IMG/VR virus record: IMGVR_UViG_3300020580_000001
Span: 18,781 to 82,780 of that record
Source of the DNA: a virus
Direction: 5' to 3' (one strand)
DNA: 64,000 nucleotides
The translations under genes and the position numbers were made by a program. The notes beneath the pieces were generated by a model. That model did not search any database and had not been told where the DNA came from. It saw nothing but the letters and a program-made list of their open reading frames with translations. Of this stretch, positions 1 to 9,300 are shown piece after piece (the stretch's first letter is position 1; every line of letters starts with the position of its first letter).

Positions 1-63
1 CCATTCGCGAATTTTGTTGCGCTTCGTCAATTCGGCATAATCGAAGAAGCGCCAGACAGCCAT
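1..63 (-). CDS. 5' end of a possible RelE/ParE (phage Gp49-like) toxin, runs off the window
   Basis: ATG at 63 gives MAVWRFFDYAELTKRNKIREW, resembling the W-x-F-x-x-Y...N-x-I-x-E-W N-terminus of RelE/Gp49-type toxins; only 21 codons visible. Confidence 0.35.
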   Translation of the reverse strand, partial: MAVWRFFDYAELTKRNKIREW

Positions 64-101
64 AAGCTATCACATAAAACGGATAAAAGTCAAGAATTTA
101 C

Positions 102-130
102 TTGACGGGCGAATATCACTTATATATGAT
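102..130 (+). promoter_or_regulatory. sigma70-type promoter upstream of the tRNA-like gene and transposase
   Basis: TTGACG (102-107), 17-nt spacer, TATGAT (125-130). Confidence 0.6.
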
Positions 131-203
131 AATCGAACTTCCGGAATTGGTTCGACGTTTCAAGTAGTTAGCAAGAAACGTCGAACCGTCCGATTCGCAT
201 AAA

Positions 204-275
204 TGGGGGATGGTCTAACGGTAGGACGGCCCGATTTACCCCGAGGCAATCCCGGTTCGAATCCGGGTCCCCCAT
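204..275 (+). tRNA. tRNA-Gln-like gene with a non-canonical anticodon arm (pseudo-tRNA or tRNA mimic)
   Basis: Acceptor TGGGGGA/TCCCCCA, D arm GTC-TAACGGTAG-GAC, perfect T arm CCCGG-TTCGAAT-CCGGG; anticodon arm GCCCG-ATTTACCC-CG(A)GGC has a bulge and an 8-nt loop; no encoded CCA. Confidence 0.65.
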
Positions 276-288
276 CAACCCGAATGGC

Positions 289-357
289 GGGGCCGAGGTG
301 TTCCAGCACCCCGACCCCTGATCAAAAACCCAGGGATTTGGCCCCCTGAGCATGACC
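289..357 (-). ncRNA. two-hairpin structured element on the strand opposite the transposase
   Basis: Minus strand: GGTCA..CTCAGGG-GGCCAAAT-CCCTGGG..TGATC, then GGGGTCGGGGTG-CTGGAA-CACCTCGGCCCC (12 bp with two G-U pairs that form only on the minus strand). Confidence 0.4.
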
Positions 358-437
358 GTCCGATGCATATAACACGAACGGCGCGGACTTTCCAGAGTCC
401 AGCTCATCGCCAATCCCGCAATCCATGGATTGGCCCC

Positions 438-1316
438 ATGAACATTCTTTCTCACGACCAACAGGTTAGCGTCATAGCCGCCCTCACCGAAGGCTGTAGC
501 ATTCGCTCCGTCGAGCGCTTGACCGGCATTCACCGCGATACGATCATGCGGCTAGGCGTCCGCGTCGGACGCGACTGCGCGGCCTTGCATGACCGCCTAA
601 TGCAAAACCTGCATGTCAATCTACTTGAGTTTGACGAGGTATGGTCATTCATCGGCAAGAAGCAAAAGCGGCTTGCCCCAAGCGACCTTCGAGAAAAGGG
701 CGACTGCTATATCTTCACGGCGTTGTCGGCTACGCACAAGGCGATCATTTCTTATCAAATCGGTAAGCGGAGCGGAGCGAATGCGAATACCTTCGCTATG
801 GACGTTCGCCAACGGATTCTCGGGCGTCCGCAAATCAGTTCCGATGGCTTTAGTCCTTACGTTGATGCCATTGAACTGGCCTTCGGCTCGGACGTCGATT
901 ACGGGCAAATCGTGAAGGTATATGCTGGCGAGCCTGGCCCTGATGCCGCGCGGCGCTATTCGCCGGGCGTCGTAGTAGATGTAAGGAAGGCGGTCATCGC
1001 CGGCGGCCCAGATCGGAAGAAGATCAGCACGTCTTTTGTCGAGCGATCGAACCTAACAATCCGGATGCAATGCCGCCGGCTTACGAGGCTTACAAATGCC
1101 TTCAGCAAGAAGCTTGAGAACCATGCGGCGGCTGTGGCGCTGTTTGTGGCGCATTATAACTTTTGCCGTGTTCATGAGACTTTGCGCGTTACGCCAGCCA
1201 TGGCGCTGGGCGTGACCGATCACATTTGGACGATTGGTGAGTTAATTGACGCCGCCTCGGCAGGCCCCCAGCCCCGCATGCGTCCATTCACGGTGATCCA
1301 TGGAGGGCGCGCCTAG
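438..1316 (+). mobile_element. IS1-family DDE transposase
   Basis: N-terminal HTH (EGCSIRSVERLTGIHRDT), acidic triad in FDEVW / SSDGF / VERSN, C-terminal TPAMALG.TDH.W motif; ATG 438 is the likely start; terminal inverted repeats not identified. Confidence 0.85.
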
Positions 1317-1467
1317 CGCCTTTCTCGCGAGTGTCCTAATCTGAGAAATCGAGTGTCCGAATTAGGACAGCACCTCATTTTGCTTCGTTTTGCCTGCCAG
1401 CCGTGCTATAAAGGCGAACCCGCCAAGTGGCGTTCGGTCAAGTGACCGATAGGAGGAGTCACCCACT

Positions 1468-1623
1468 TTGAAAGGATTTATTTATTCGTCATTAGGTTTC
1501 GATACAGCATTATTGATAATTCATATGTGGGGTTTTCCTCCAGCCCCATGGAATGTGATTATTTTCCAAATATGTTTTCTCCCTATTGTAGCTATTATTG
1601 ACAACTATCTACCTCGGAGATAG
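1468..1623 (+). CDS. small hydrophobic protein (51 aa)
   Basis: SD AGGAGGAG (1451-1458), TTG start, MKGFIYSSLGFDTALLIIHMWGFPPAPWNVIIFQICFLPIVAIIDNYLPRR; not in the ORF track. Confidence 0.45.
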   Translation: MKGFIYSSLGFDTALLIIHMWGFPPAPWNVIIFQICFLPIVAIIDNYLPRR

Positions 1624-1797
1624 CAGCGCGCGCTTCACGATCGTCTTTGCGATTTCCTTGATATCATCATGGCGAATTGTGCTCTTCCATGTAATTTCAT
1701 CAGCGCCAATACCATAAAGTTCATCGCGAATAATATCGCGGAGATCGCGGGCGCTGATCATGACGTGTGGAGAAGGTTTTCCACTAGATTTTGACAT
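1609..1797 (-). CDS. phage hypothetical protein
   Basis: Last minus-strand ORF of the late cluster; start overlaps the upstream stop. Confidence 0.45.
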   Translation of the reverse strand: MSKSSGKPSPHVMISARDLRDIIRDELYGIGADEITWKSTIRHDDIKEIAKTIVKRALLSPR

Positions 1798-2608
1798 ATG
1801 TAAATCTGTGCGTTCCGGAGCCATCATTATAGTGTTGCCGCTGTGGCGTATGTATGGAAGACCCGTCATAAATAACTTGTGGCGGTGATGTTCTCATGAT
1901 AGAATACAATGAGATCATAATACTCACAAAGACACCGACAGCCATAGCAATACCGATAAGATTTTGATTGCCGCCATGTTGAGCTGCGGCCCCCTGTAGT
2001 CGCAATGTTTCAGCAACGATTTGAGATGCCGTTGTTCCGCTTGCTCCGCCGCGCTCACCAGCCTCTCTAGTCACGGAGAGCTTAAGAGCCGCCAAATCTG
2101 AGGCGATCTGAGACATTGCCGGATCTGACACCGATGTTCTGCCCCCTGTCTCATAACGAAATTGCTCAACACCAGCGAGGCGCTTGTCCATCGTTGCCAG
2201 CGTTGCAGCAATGTTGTCGGCTGTTTTGTTGATCGTATCAGAGAGGGAGGTGGTAACTTTATCGAGCTGCGTCGAGACTAAGTCCGAGGTCGTTTTCATT
2301 TGACCTGTCTGGGTCTCAGAAATTTGCTTGTCATAATCCTTTTTGAGATCAGCGAGATTATCGACTCGTCGCCTTTCGGCCTCAATAACCATACTGAAAT
2401 ATTCAGAAACATGTTTTACTTCTGCGGCATTAAATTTAGCAGTCAAGGTGTCGAATTTTTCCTGGAATTGCTGATTAGCATCGACAAGCGCAAGGACATT
2501 TTCGGAAGGATCAATTGCGCCAGCGCCATATCTATCGACGCTAAGGCCAGCACCGGGCGATATTATGCCGTTTGATTTCGGAGAACGCCTTATCTGCCGT
2601 GCCGCCAT
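1784..2608 (-). CDS. coiled-coil protein with C-terminal transmembrane helix (lysis region)
   Basis: Helical heptad-like core plus LIGIAMAVGVFVSIMISLYSIM. Confidence 0.65.
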   Translation of the reverse strand: MAARQIRRSPKSNGIISPGAGLSVDRYGAGAIDPSENVLALVDANQQFQEKFDTLTAKFNAAEVKHVSEYFSMVIEAERRRVDNLADLKKDYDKQISETQTGQMKTTSDLVSTQLDKVTTSLSDTINKTADNIAATLATMDKRLAGVEQFRYETGGRTSVSDPAMSQIASDLAALKLSVTREAGERGGASGTTASQIVAETLRLQGAAAQHGGNQNLIGIAMAVGVFVSIMISLYSIMRTSPPQVIYDGSSIHTPQRQHYNDGSGTHRFTYVKI

Positions 2609-2613
2609 TGAGC

Positions 2614-2814
2614 TTATGATCTCCTTGACAACTTAGCCGCCGCGCGCATGATAACCTCTGGCTTGCGCTGAATTAAACTCCGCGTCGTATAACGGATTAT
2701 GTATCGATATACGATCCAGCGAAACCATGGTTCACGCCACATGCTGGCGCCATAGGCACAGCGCCACACAAATCTTGCGCCGATGTCACGGGAGTGAGGA
2801 AGCTTGTCTTTCAT
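2614..2814 (-). CDS. phage hypothetical protein
   Basis: 66-aa basic ORF tiling the operon. Confidence 0.4.
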   Translation of the reverse strand: MKDKLPHSRDIGARFVWRCAYGASMWREPWFRWIVYRYIIRYTTRSLIQRKPEVIMRAAAKLSRRS

Positions 2815-2832
2815 TGTCAGTCATGTTTCCTC

Positions 2833-3072
2833 TTAATGTAATGACAGATGCATCCCGCCAGCGCCTAATAGGCACTTGAGAAGATCGAAGATGATCTTGA
2901 TTGCTATAATCGCCACGATGACCCACAGAACGATCCTAATTATAGCGGTAACGATCGCGGGCAAGAACTGTGTTAGATATGGCAACAAGAGTTGAATCAG
3001 TGACCATATACCGATTATGACCACTATCATAATACAAACTTGCTCCCAGAATCCTAAATCAAAACAGCCCAT
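2833..3072 (-). CDS. small two-TM membrane protein (holin-like)
   Basis: Two long hydrophobic segments, SD AGGAGA, lysis-region position. Confidence 0.6.
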   Translation of the reverse strand: MGCFDLGFWEQVCIMIVVIIGIWSLIQLLLPYLTQFLPAIVTAIIRIVLWVIVAIIAIKIIFDLLKCLLGAGGMHLSLH

Positions 3073-3097
3073 GCTGATCTCCTATGTGAATTTTCTG

Positions 3098-3126
3098 TTG
3101 CGCAGACGCGCTGGATATGGTAGGTT
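3098..3126 (+). promoter_or_regulatory. sigma70-type promoter for the 3134-3250 RNA
   Basis: TTGCGC, 17-nt spacer, TAGGTT with extended TG; ends 7 nt before the structured RNA. Confidence 0.55.
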
Positions 3127-3133
3127 TTGCAGG

Positions 3134-3250
3134 TGAGCGGCGGCGTGGAAATGCAGACACGCGGGTCGGCGGTTAAAAGAGTCCTTGATCTGCCTATGGG
3201 TCAAGGCCGCTAGGTCAAATAGGCAGCCGGGATTGCGTCCGGCCCGCTCA
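3134..3250 (+). ncRNA. tRNA-like structured RNA with a pseudoknot
   Basis: Closing stem TGAGCGG/CCGCTCA, arm GCGTG/CACGC, arm CCTTGATC/GGTCAAGG whose loop TGCCTAT is complementary to ATAGGCA (3219-3225), arm GCCGG/CCGGC; lies within the 3073-3255 intergenic gap. Confidence 0.65.
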
Positions 3251-3255
3251 TGCCT

Positions 3256-3429
3256 TCATATGGGTTGCTTATGATGCTGATCATTGGCTGGCGGCGGTGC
3301 CGGCGCGATTTCTTCGATTGTAGAGCTGATAACATCAGAGTTAGGACCGCGCGAAGCAAAGAAACTCATAACTGTCATCACAATCCCGACTATGATGAGA
3401 ACAATACCTATTGCGTCAATGAGTTTCAT
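3256..3429 (-). CDS. small membrane-anchored protein (57 aa)
   Basis: MKLIDAIGIVLIIVGIVMTVMSFFASRG..., ATGA overlap with the upstream gene; not in the ORF track. Confidence 0.55.
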   Translation of the reverse strand: MKLIDAIGIVLIIVGIVMTVMSFFASRGPNSDVISSTIEEIAPAPPPANDQHHKQPI

Positions 3430-3608
3430 GCAAATGACCGCTCAAGTAATACTAGCATTCCGGCAACACCAAGCGGGAGAGGGGTTAAGAATTCATCCAT
3501 AATCCCGTGCTTGCCATTGATTGTTTCCAACCAGCGCCCGAGGACCATCAAACCAGATACGAATGCAAAGCCAATTACAAGCTGAACGCTAATCCCAAGC
3601 TCACACAT
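3426..3608 (-). CDS. small two-TM membrane protein
   Basis: MCELGISVQLVIGFAFVSGLMVLG... hydrophobic; start chosen just after the upstream stop. Confidence 0.5.
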   Translation of the reverse strand: MCELGISVQLVIGFAFVSGLMVLGRWLETINGKHGIMDEFLTPLPLGVAGMLVLLERSFA

Positions 3609-3612
3609 GTGC

Positions 3613-3828
3613 TTACCCCTTTGCGATTTTGTGCATAACAATCGCCTGCCCGACTGTCCATCCGATAAGGTGCCATGCCCAATCTTGATCCGATGCCCAA
3701 TCGGTTGATGTCGGTGGCTTGTCCGACTCGACGTCGGCAAGTTCATGTTCAAGCATAGACATGGAAAATGCTGGGGGTTGACCATCATGACCAAGCCGGT
3801 ATCCGGCAACGAAGGCTTCAACGTTCAT
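3613..3828 (-). CDS. phage hypothetical protein
   Basis: Coupled start/stop overlap. Confidence 0.55.
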   Translation of the reverse strand: MNVEAFVAGYRLGHDGQPPAFSMSMLEHELADVESDKPPTSTDWASDQDWAWHLIGWTVGQAIVMHKIAKG

Positions 3829-4136
3829 AGGAATTTGCCTGTTTTTGGATCATACCGGCTATTTGAATCCGGCACCCATGATATACCGTCACCGGCGAGC
3901 ACAAGTGGCGCGCGTGGCGCGGTCATTTTGTTTAGCAACAAGAAGATTTCAAGGGCCTTCTCGGCCATAGCGGCGGGCGGAAAAATAAGTCCGGTTTCCG
4001 ACAGCATATGTTCCGTGAAGGCCACTTGGCTATCGTACTTGCCTTTAGCTAGTCCTGTTAAAAGAGCCGCCGCCATTGCCGACAGCATCCTTGCATGCGA
4101 TTGGATCTCGCCAACAGTAATTGGACGATCTGGCAT
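3825..4136 (-). CDS. phage hypothetical protein
   Basis: TAATG coupling to the upstream gene. Confidence 0.6.
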   Translation of the reverse strand: MPDRPITVGEIQSHARMLSAMAAALLTGLAKGKYDSQVAFTEHMLSETGLIFPPAAMAEKALEIFLLLNKMTAPRAPLVLAGDGISWVPDSNSRYDPKTGKFL

Positions 4137-4462
4137 TATTGCGGACCTGGCGTAGCCCCTGGAACCGGAACCGCCGCAATGGCCGATTTGATTTCGCCAT
4201 TTGTGTCCTTCATAGTTGCAAGCATACTGGCTTGATCAGCAACGATCACGTCCAAAACTGCCGCATGACCGGCGGCGCCGGTTGCAGTTAAGTCAGCGAG
4301 AGCTTTGTGGACATCTGTTTTTAGAGATTCCAATTCAGTTTTCATTGCTGCATGATTTGCTTGTACGTCTGCCAAAGTCGCCATGATTCTTTCATTCCTT
4401 TGTGTTGCGATCTCGAAATAATCGTAGACCGTGGTTGCGAAATCGTCATCGAGGCGCCTCAC
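4136..4462 (-). CDS. phage hypothetical coiled-coil protein (start may be 4384)
   Basis: Ala-rich helical ORF tiling the operon. Confidence 0.55.
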   Translation of the reverse strand: MRRLDDDFATTVYDYFEIATQRNERIMATLADVQANHAAMKTELESLKTDVHKALADLTATGAAGHAAVLDVIVADQASMLATMKDTNGEIKSAIAAVPVPGATPGPQ

Positions 4463-4950
4463 ATTATCCTCGCATATTGCCCAAATAATTTATTGGCTGC
4501 CTCTATATAAGCCGAATGCGCCTCTTCAGCTGTAGAAAAATAACCAAGATTATAAAGCTTTCTCTTGCACCTTATAGCCGCCGTCCATTTTCTCTGATGC
4601 TTATGCCAAAATGCCCCTTTCAGACCAGATGTATTAGAGCACATAATAGCAATATTTGCGTGGTTCTGAGAATTTGTAGCCTCACGAAGATTGCACCAGC
4701 GATTATTCGACGGATCTAGATCGCGATGATCGATCTGGTTACATGGCCATTCACCAGTCATATAAAGCCACGCAAGGCGATGCGATAAATAACGGCGCCT
4801 ATCAATTACTATTCCGCGATATCCAGCTGCGTCTATTGTCGTTCCAGCCGGCTTGTCTTTGGGAGCGCCAAGGCGTTTGCCAAGCCATGTAAATACGCCA
4901 GTTTCTTGATCGTAATGCAAAATTTCGCGAAGGCGTTCAGACGTTAGCAT
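4459..4950 (-). CDS. HNH homing endonuclease with AP2 domain
   Basis: HRLAWLYMTGEWP..QIDH.D.D..NN...NLREAT..QN plus AP2 motif SG.KG..W....KW.A.I......LG.F.T.EEA. Confidence 0.95.
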   Translation of the reverse strand: MLTSERLREILHYDQETGVFTWLGKRLGAPKDKPAGTTIDAAGYRGIVIDRRRYLSHRLAWLYMTGEWPCNQIDHRDLDPSNNRWCNLREATNSQNHANIAIMCSNTSGLKGAFWHKHQRKWTAAIRCKRKLYNLGYFSTAEEAHSAYIEAANKLFGQYARIM

Positions 4951-6044
4951 TACGCGCCGACACGTCTTTTAGCTTCCGGCGTTGCCGGAACCGTACCGCC
5001 GGTTACGTCACCATCCTTAGCGGCCATCAAGCCAACGCCGGCGGAGATGCCCATAATAGTGGTGAGAATGTCAGCATACGGCTGCAATGACGGGATGACC
5101 TTAGCCGCCCCCGTTAACGCGGCGATGATACCAGGGATCGTGGTTTTCCAGTTTATCATTCCAAGAACTTTGTTCATTGGTTGAGTTCCTTGTGTGGTCG
5201 GTGCCGTCGGTTCGGCGGCCTTAATTTGCAAAACTGGAGGAGGCGGAGGAGGAGGGGTGAATATCTCCTCAAGTTTTGCAAAATCTGTTGCTTGCGCTTC
5301 GATCTTCGCAATTCGGATATTGATTGCGTCGCGTTGTGCAACAAGCGCATCGCGAATCGCGCCGAAATGATCGAGAATCGCCGCATCTAGCCCAGCAATC
5401 GTTGCCGATATCGTGGGAGGCCCAGCGGGCGGCGCTGGCTGGGAAGGACTTGGAGCTGGCGTTGGTGGGGGCGAGGCTGGCTGGGGCGCGGGAGGGGCTT
5501 TAAGCAGCCTTGCTTTTGCAACAACCGCCTCAGCATGGGCAATGCGATTGTCGAGGTTTGCGGTCGGCCCTAGCTTTGGCCGCTCATAGACCATCATAAA
5601 ATTAGCGGTGAGATTTGCGATTGATCTTGACCCGCCCGTCAATTGCTTGTATAGTGTTTCATACTCAGGAGTGGTTTGCAATTCATAAACAACGAAATCG
5701 CACTGTGTGCCCAAGTCGTTCAGTAATGCCCCCTTGGGTAATCCGAGACGTGTTTCAGCGCGGCCGGAAAAGGCGATATATGCAGTTTTTCGGTCGCCAA
5801 GCCATTCGGCAATTCCGCCGGATTTTAGCGCGTCTGGAACGCCGCCAGAGGCGTCTGGATGCGCACGAAACATCGTGGCAATTAGAAATTCTCCTGACTC
5901 CTGGCAAAAGTTCCCAACCGCCGCCCCCGCTCCATTCTCAATGAATCCAACAGACATAAAATGATTGAACGCCGCGATCATTGGTGCTGTAACATGAACT
6001 GTCATGATGTTGTCTAAGTCCCTGGGATGTAGAACAACATCCAT
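4950..6044 (-). CDS. endolysin (phage tail lysozyme family) fused to a C-terminal holin-like segment
   Basis: GAAVGNFCQESG, GIAEWLGDRK, QCDFV.YEL, YERP motifs; Pro-rich linker; C-terminal NWKTT...GL.AAKD..VTGG membrane segment; true start may be 6005. Confidence 0.75.
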   Translation of the reverse strand: MDVVLHPRDLDNIMTVHVTAPMIAAFNHFMSVGFIENGAGAAVGNFCQESGEFLIATMFRAHPDASGGVPDALKSGGIAEWLGDRKTAYIAFSGRAETRLGLPKGALLNDLGTQCDFVVYELQTTPEYETLYKQLTGGSRSIANLTANFMMVYERPKLGPTANLDNRIAHAEAVVAKARLLKAPPAPQPASPPPTPAPSPSQPAPPAGPPTISATIAGLDAAILDHFGAIRDALVAQRDAINIRIAKIEAQATDFAKLEEIFTPPPPPPPVLQIKAAEPTAPTTQGTQPMNKVLGMINWKTTIPGIIAALTGAAKVIPSLQPYADILTTIMGISAGVGLMAAKDGDVTGGTVPATPEAKRRVGA

Positions 6045-6240
6045 CTCAACTCATTATGCGCGACGGCGATAGTTGCTAACCAGTTCGCATCTAGTCCCCA
6101 GAAAAGTCCCAATAAAATGCCGGCAGGACTCCACCAGTTAATCTTTAGCCAAGCCAAAAAGGGCGCATATTTTACCTTGCCTTTTGGATAAATTTTGGAT
6201 AGGATTTTTTGGTGAGCGGGGCGCTAGCCTGGATTTTTCG

Positions 6241-6336
6241 ATGTTTGACTTTCTAATTTTCCGCGTGTACCCAGTGATAATTGCGCTAATGATATTAATT
6301 TTTGTATTTGGGGTATTGACTGGGCGATTTCATTAA
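6241..6336 (+). CDS. possible 31-aa single-TM peptide
   Basis: MFDFLIFRVYPVIIALMILIFVFGVLTGRFH in an AT-rich gap; no clear SD. Confidence 0.3.
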   Translation: MFDFLIFRVYPVIIALMILIFVFGVLTGRFH

Positions 6337-6358
6337 ATTTATGCGCCTAAGTTTGCTA

Positions 6359-9300
6359 TCAAGGATTATTGCTGAACATCGTACCGTCGACTAGATTTAT
6401 ATTGTTCGAAAAAGTCGATGAACCGCCGCCGCTGCACGTAAGGCACGAACTGCCGGGAAGTGCGAATCTAGGGGAGCCAAAAGCCCCCGCACGGATATCA
6501 GCGTAATTATTGCTCACTTGTACCGCGCCTGTCGTCTGCGTCGGGTCAACTGCATAATGATAGGAAATATTAGCTCCGGTCTGCCCGATCGTTGTATTAA
6601 AGCGCGCCTCGCTCGTTCCAATATTTCCGTTAATATTAGTTCCGAATGTTACACCCTGGCTTCCGGTCCCTGATGTCTGATTGACCGTATTGAAGTCCCA
6701 GGTAATATGGCTAACGGCTCCAGGACCTCCGCCGGTCTGGAACCAATCCGAATGAGTGCCGCCACCTGGGCCTGTGAATAAATTATACTTAACTACCGCA
6801 GTTAGCGATCCTATATCAATAAAATCAAGGCTGGCATTAAGAAAATAGTTATACGTAAATGTACAGGAGTCTCCGGTAACGTTCTCATTACAAAAGACAT
6901 TCCCATCTGAGCCGCCGGTTATGCTATGTGCATCGAACTTGTTATATGACGCCGTCAGGCTGGTGCAAGATGACGTTCCGACAAGCATATCTTGCGCATT
7001 TGTTCCTCTCCCGAAATTGGAATTAGTAACGATAAGTGTGCCGCCGGTACAAATAAGCTGCCAGCCGCCATTGGGAGAAAAATCTATACTATCGACTGTC
7101 GCATTTGTGCATGTCCACTGAAAAGTCCCAGCATTACGAGAGCACCCGGCCGGCACTGTAGCCGTAGCCGCGCTAACCGGCGTAATATTGCTTGGGATAC
7201 CGACCGCATAATCGACACCCGCCACGTCCCAAGGTGGCCGAACCGAGTAGCCGGCGGCGCTTAGCAAGGTGGGGAATTGAATCGCCGCATTCGGGGCCGC
7301 GCCGCATCCGTCCGAATATCCGGCGCCGGCAAACGGACATGCTCCACTGCTACCGACGACGGCGCTTGTCGGCACACTATTCGCGGGCGAACTCGTCCCG
7401 GCTGAATTCGAGGCCACCACGGAAACCGTCAATGTATTGCCGATATCTGCTGAAACCGGAGCATACGTGTTAGATGGGCCGTAAGTGCCGGTCGGCCCAA
7501 CGAATGTAACGGCGTTACTGACATGGTTCCGAATGTTCGGCTTGCCTACCGCATAAACTACCGCAGTATAACTCACTCCTGGTGTAAATCCATGTGGCGC
7601 AAGATTAAATGTATGCGTGCCAGAAGCCACATTGCCAATAAAGGCGGAGTTGGCTCCATCAGGCGAGGCATATATTTCATAATGATCTACTGTCGTTTCA
7701 CTCGCCGTTCCGGTCAACAAGTTTGGCGTCCAATTCAATGTAGTCCCTGCCGCTGATGCGGTCACGGAGATATCATTCTCATAGGCAGGCTCCGATCCGG
7801 TTCCCTCCGGATAATCGTTCCATGTAGCCCAGTGCATGATATGAATATTAGACGGAATATTCGTATTGATATAAGCGGCACGCTGAACAATCGTCTTTCC
7901 GCTGTCTTGCTGAAGATAAGCGCCGTTTGGCCTGGCAAGTGTTTCGTTATATCCGCCGGCCATGGCCCCAATACCAGCTTTGGCTGGATGCGCGCCAACA
8001 CAGCTAAGGAAAGTTCCTATAGCGCCCAAGTTATATGGATCACCCCCATTAACACCGCCAAACCATGCATCATGCCAATCATAAGGAGCGTCCTCCCATG
8101 CTTCATTTATATAGGTGCAGTTCGTATCGACATCAGACCAGAACATATTCCCGCCCTGATTCGCTTTGACGGTATTCATCGCGGCTTGCCCACCGCCTGC
8201 GACGGAATTCATGGAGTTTCTAACCCCATACATGAGCACTGCTGGGTTCCCATTCACATGCAGCCATGCCGGATCGGAAAAATAAGTTGATTTGAGATGA
8301 GCAATCGCCGCTTCCAAGGTTGCGACCTTGTCGGGGGCGTTTGTAATAGTTCCTTCATCAATATTTACTACATAATGGAATGTCCCGGCTGGCAATGTAT
8401 CAACATAGGTTTTTATTTTCTGAAGTATGCTTTCCGCATTAGGATCGGAAAAATTCCAACTGAGTTCGATACCATTGAACCCTCTTGAGATAAGATCAGT
8501 AACCCATGCCTGGACATAGGCCGTGGTATTCATGTTGATCCCCATATGAATCGGCTCGTTCGATGTCCCCCACCATGTCATCGAGTGCATGAGCCAAATA
8601 TCTGTTGCGTGCGTTGGCGATGGAATTAGGGAGTGCACATTTACATGAGATACATGACCAGGCGTGACCGGATTCAGTGATCTATCCTGCTTGGTTGGAT
8701 CGGTTGCCATGGTGGTTGGGCCGGGTCCGATATTGGTCGTCGCAGGCGTAAAATTAGCGACATTCAATCCGGCTGGATTAGGCGTATTGAAATTCGTCTG
8801 ATTATAGGCTGGATTTGCCGACGTATTATGTGCAGACAATGATGCGGTAGTCAAGCTTACCGCGGGACTACTATTCCACTGATAAGCAAGATTTGTCGGA
8901 TTATTCGTCCAATCCGAAAGAAGGCTATGGGCAGTAAGTGTGCTATTCACTTGCGGTGGTGATAAGCCGGAGATGGTCGGTGGATTTATGTTTACGGGTG
9001 GGTTGCCGCTTGGGCCTATTACTGTAGCTGACTGACCGCTTGTCGAGGGGGCGCTCGTGCCTCCCGAGTTAGTAGCCGTTACCGTGATCGTTAGCTTATT
9101 ACCAATGTCGGCAGTGACTGGAGTATATGTTAGAGTTGTGGCGCCTGGACCGGTCGCGTTTATCCCCCCAGGATTCTTCCATTGATAGGCCGTGCTCGTG
9201 ACGGTATTGTTCCAGGTCGCATCAACCGCCGTTATCGGCACCCCCACTTGCGGAGTGCCAGGGATCGAGGCCACTGTGTTGATCGTTGGCGGGAGGTCGA

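Noticed and set aside
46-57. GAAGCGCCAGAC match to the early-operon repeat
   Set aside because: No downstream CGCTTCACC or arms; it lies in a probable minus-strand coding region, so likely chance
204-275. Evidence that the phage recodes TAA
   Set aside because: Many conserved genes (capsid, sheath, terminase) end in TAA at the expected length and coding density is normal under the standard code
168-533. 121-aa minus-strand ORF
   Set aside because: Overlaps the transposase, the hairpins and the tRNA-like gene; no recognisable motif
1330-1373. Transposon terminal inverted repeat
   Set aside because: TGTCCTAAT/ATTAGGACA is a local inverted repeat; I found no partner left of the transposase and no target duplication, so IS ends are not called
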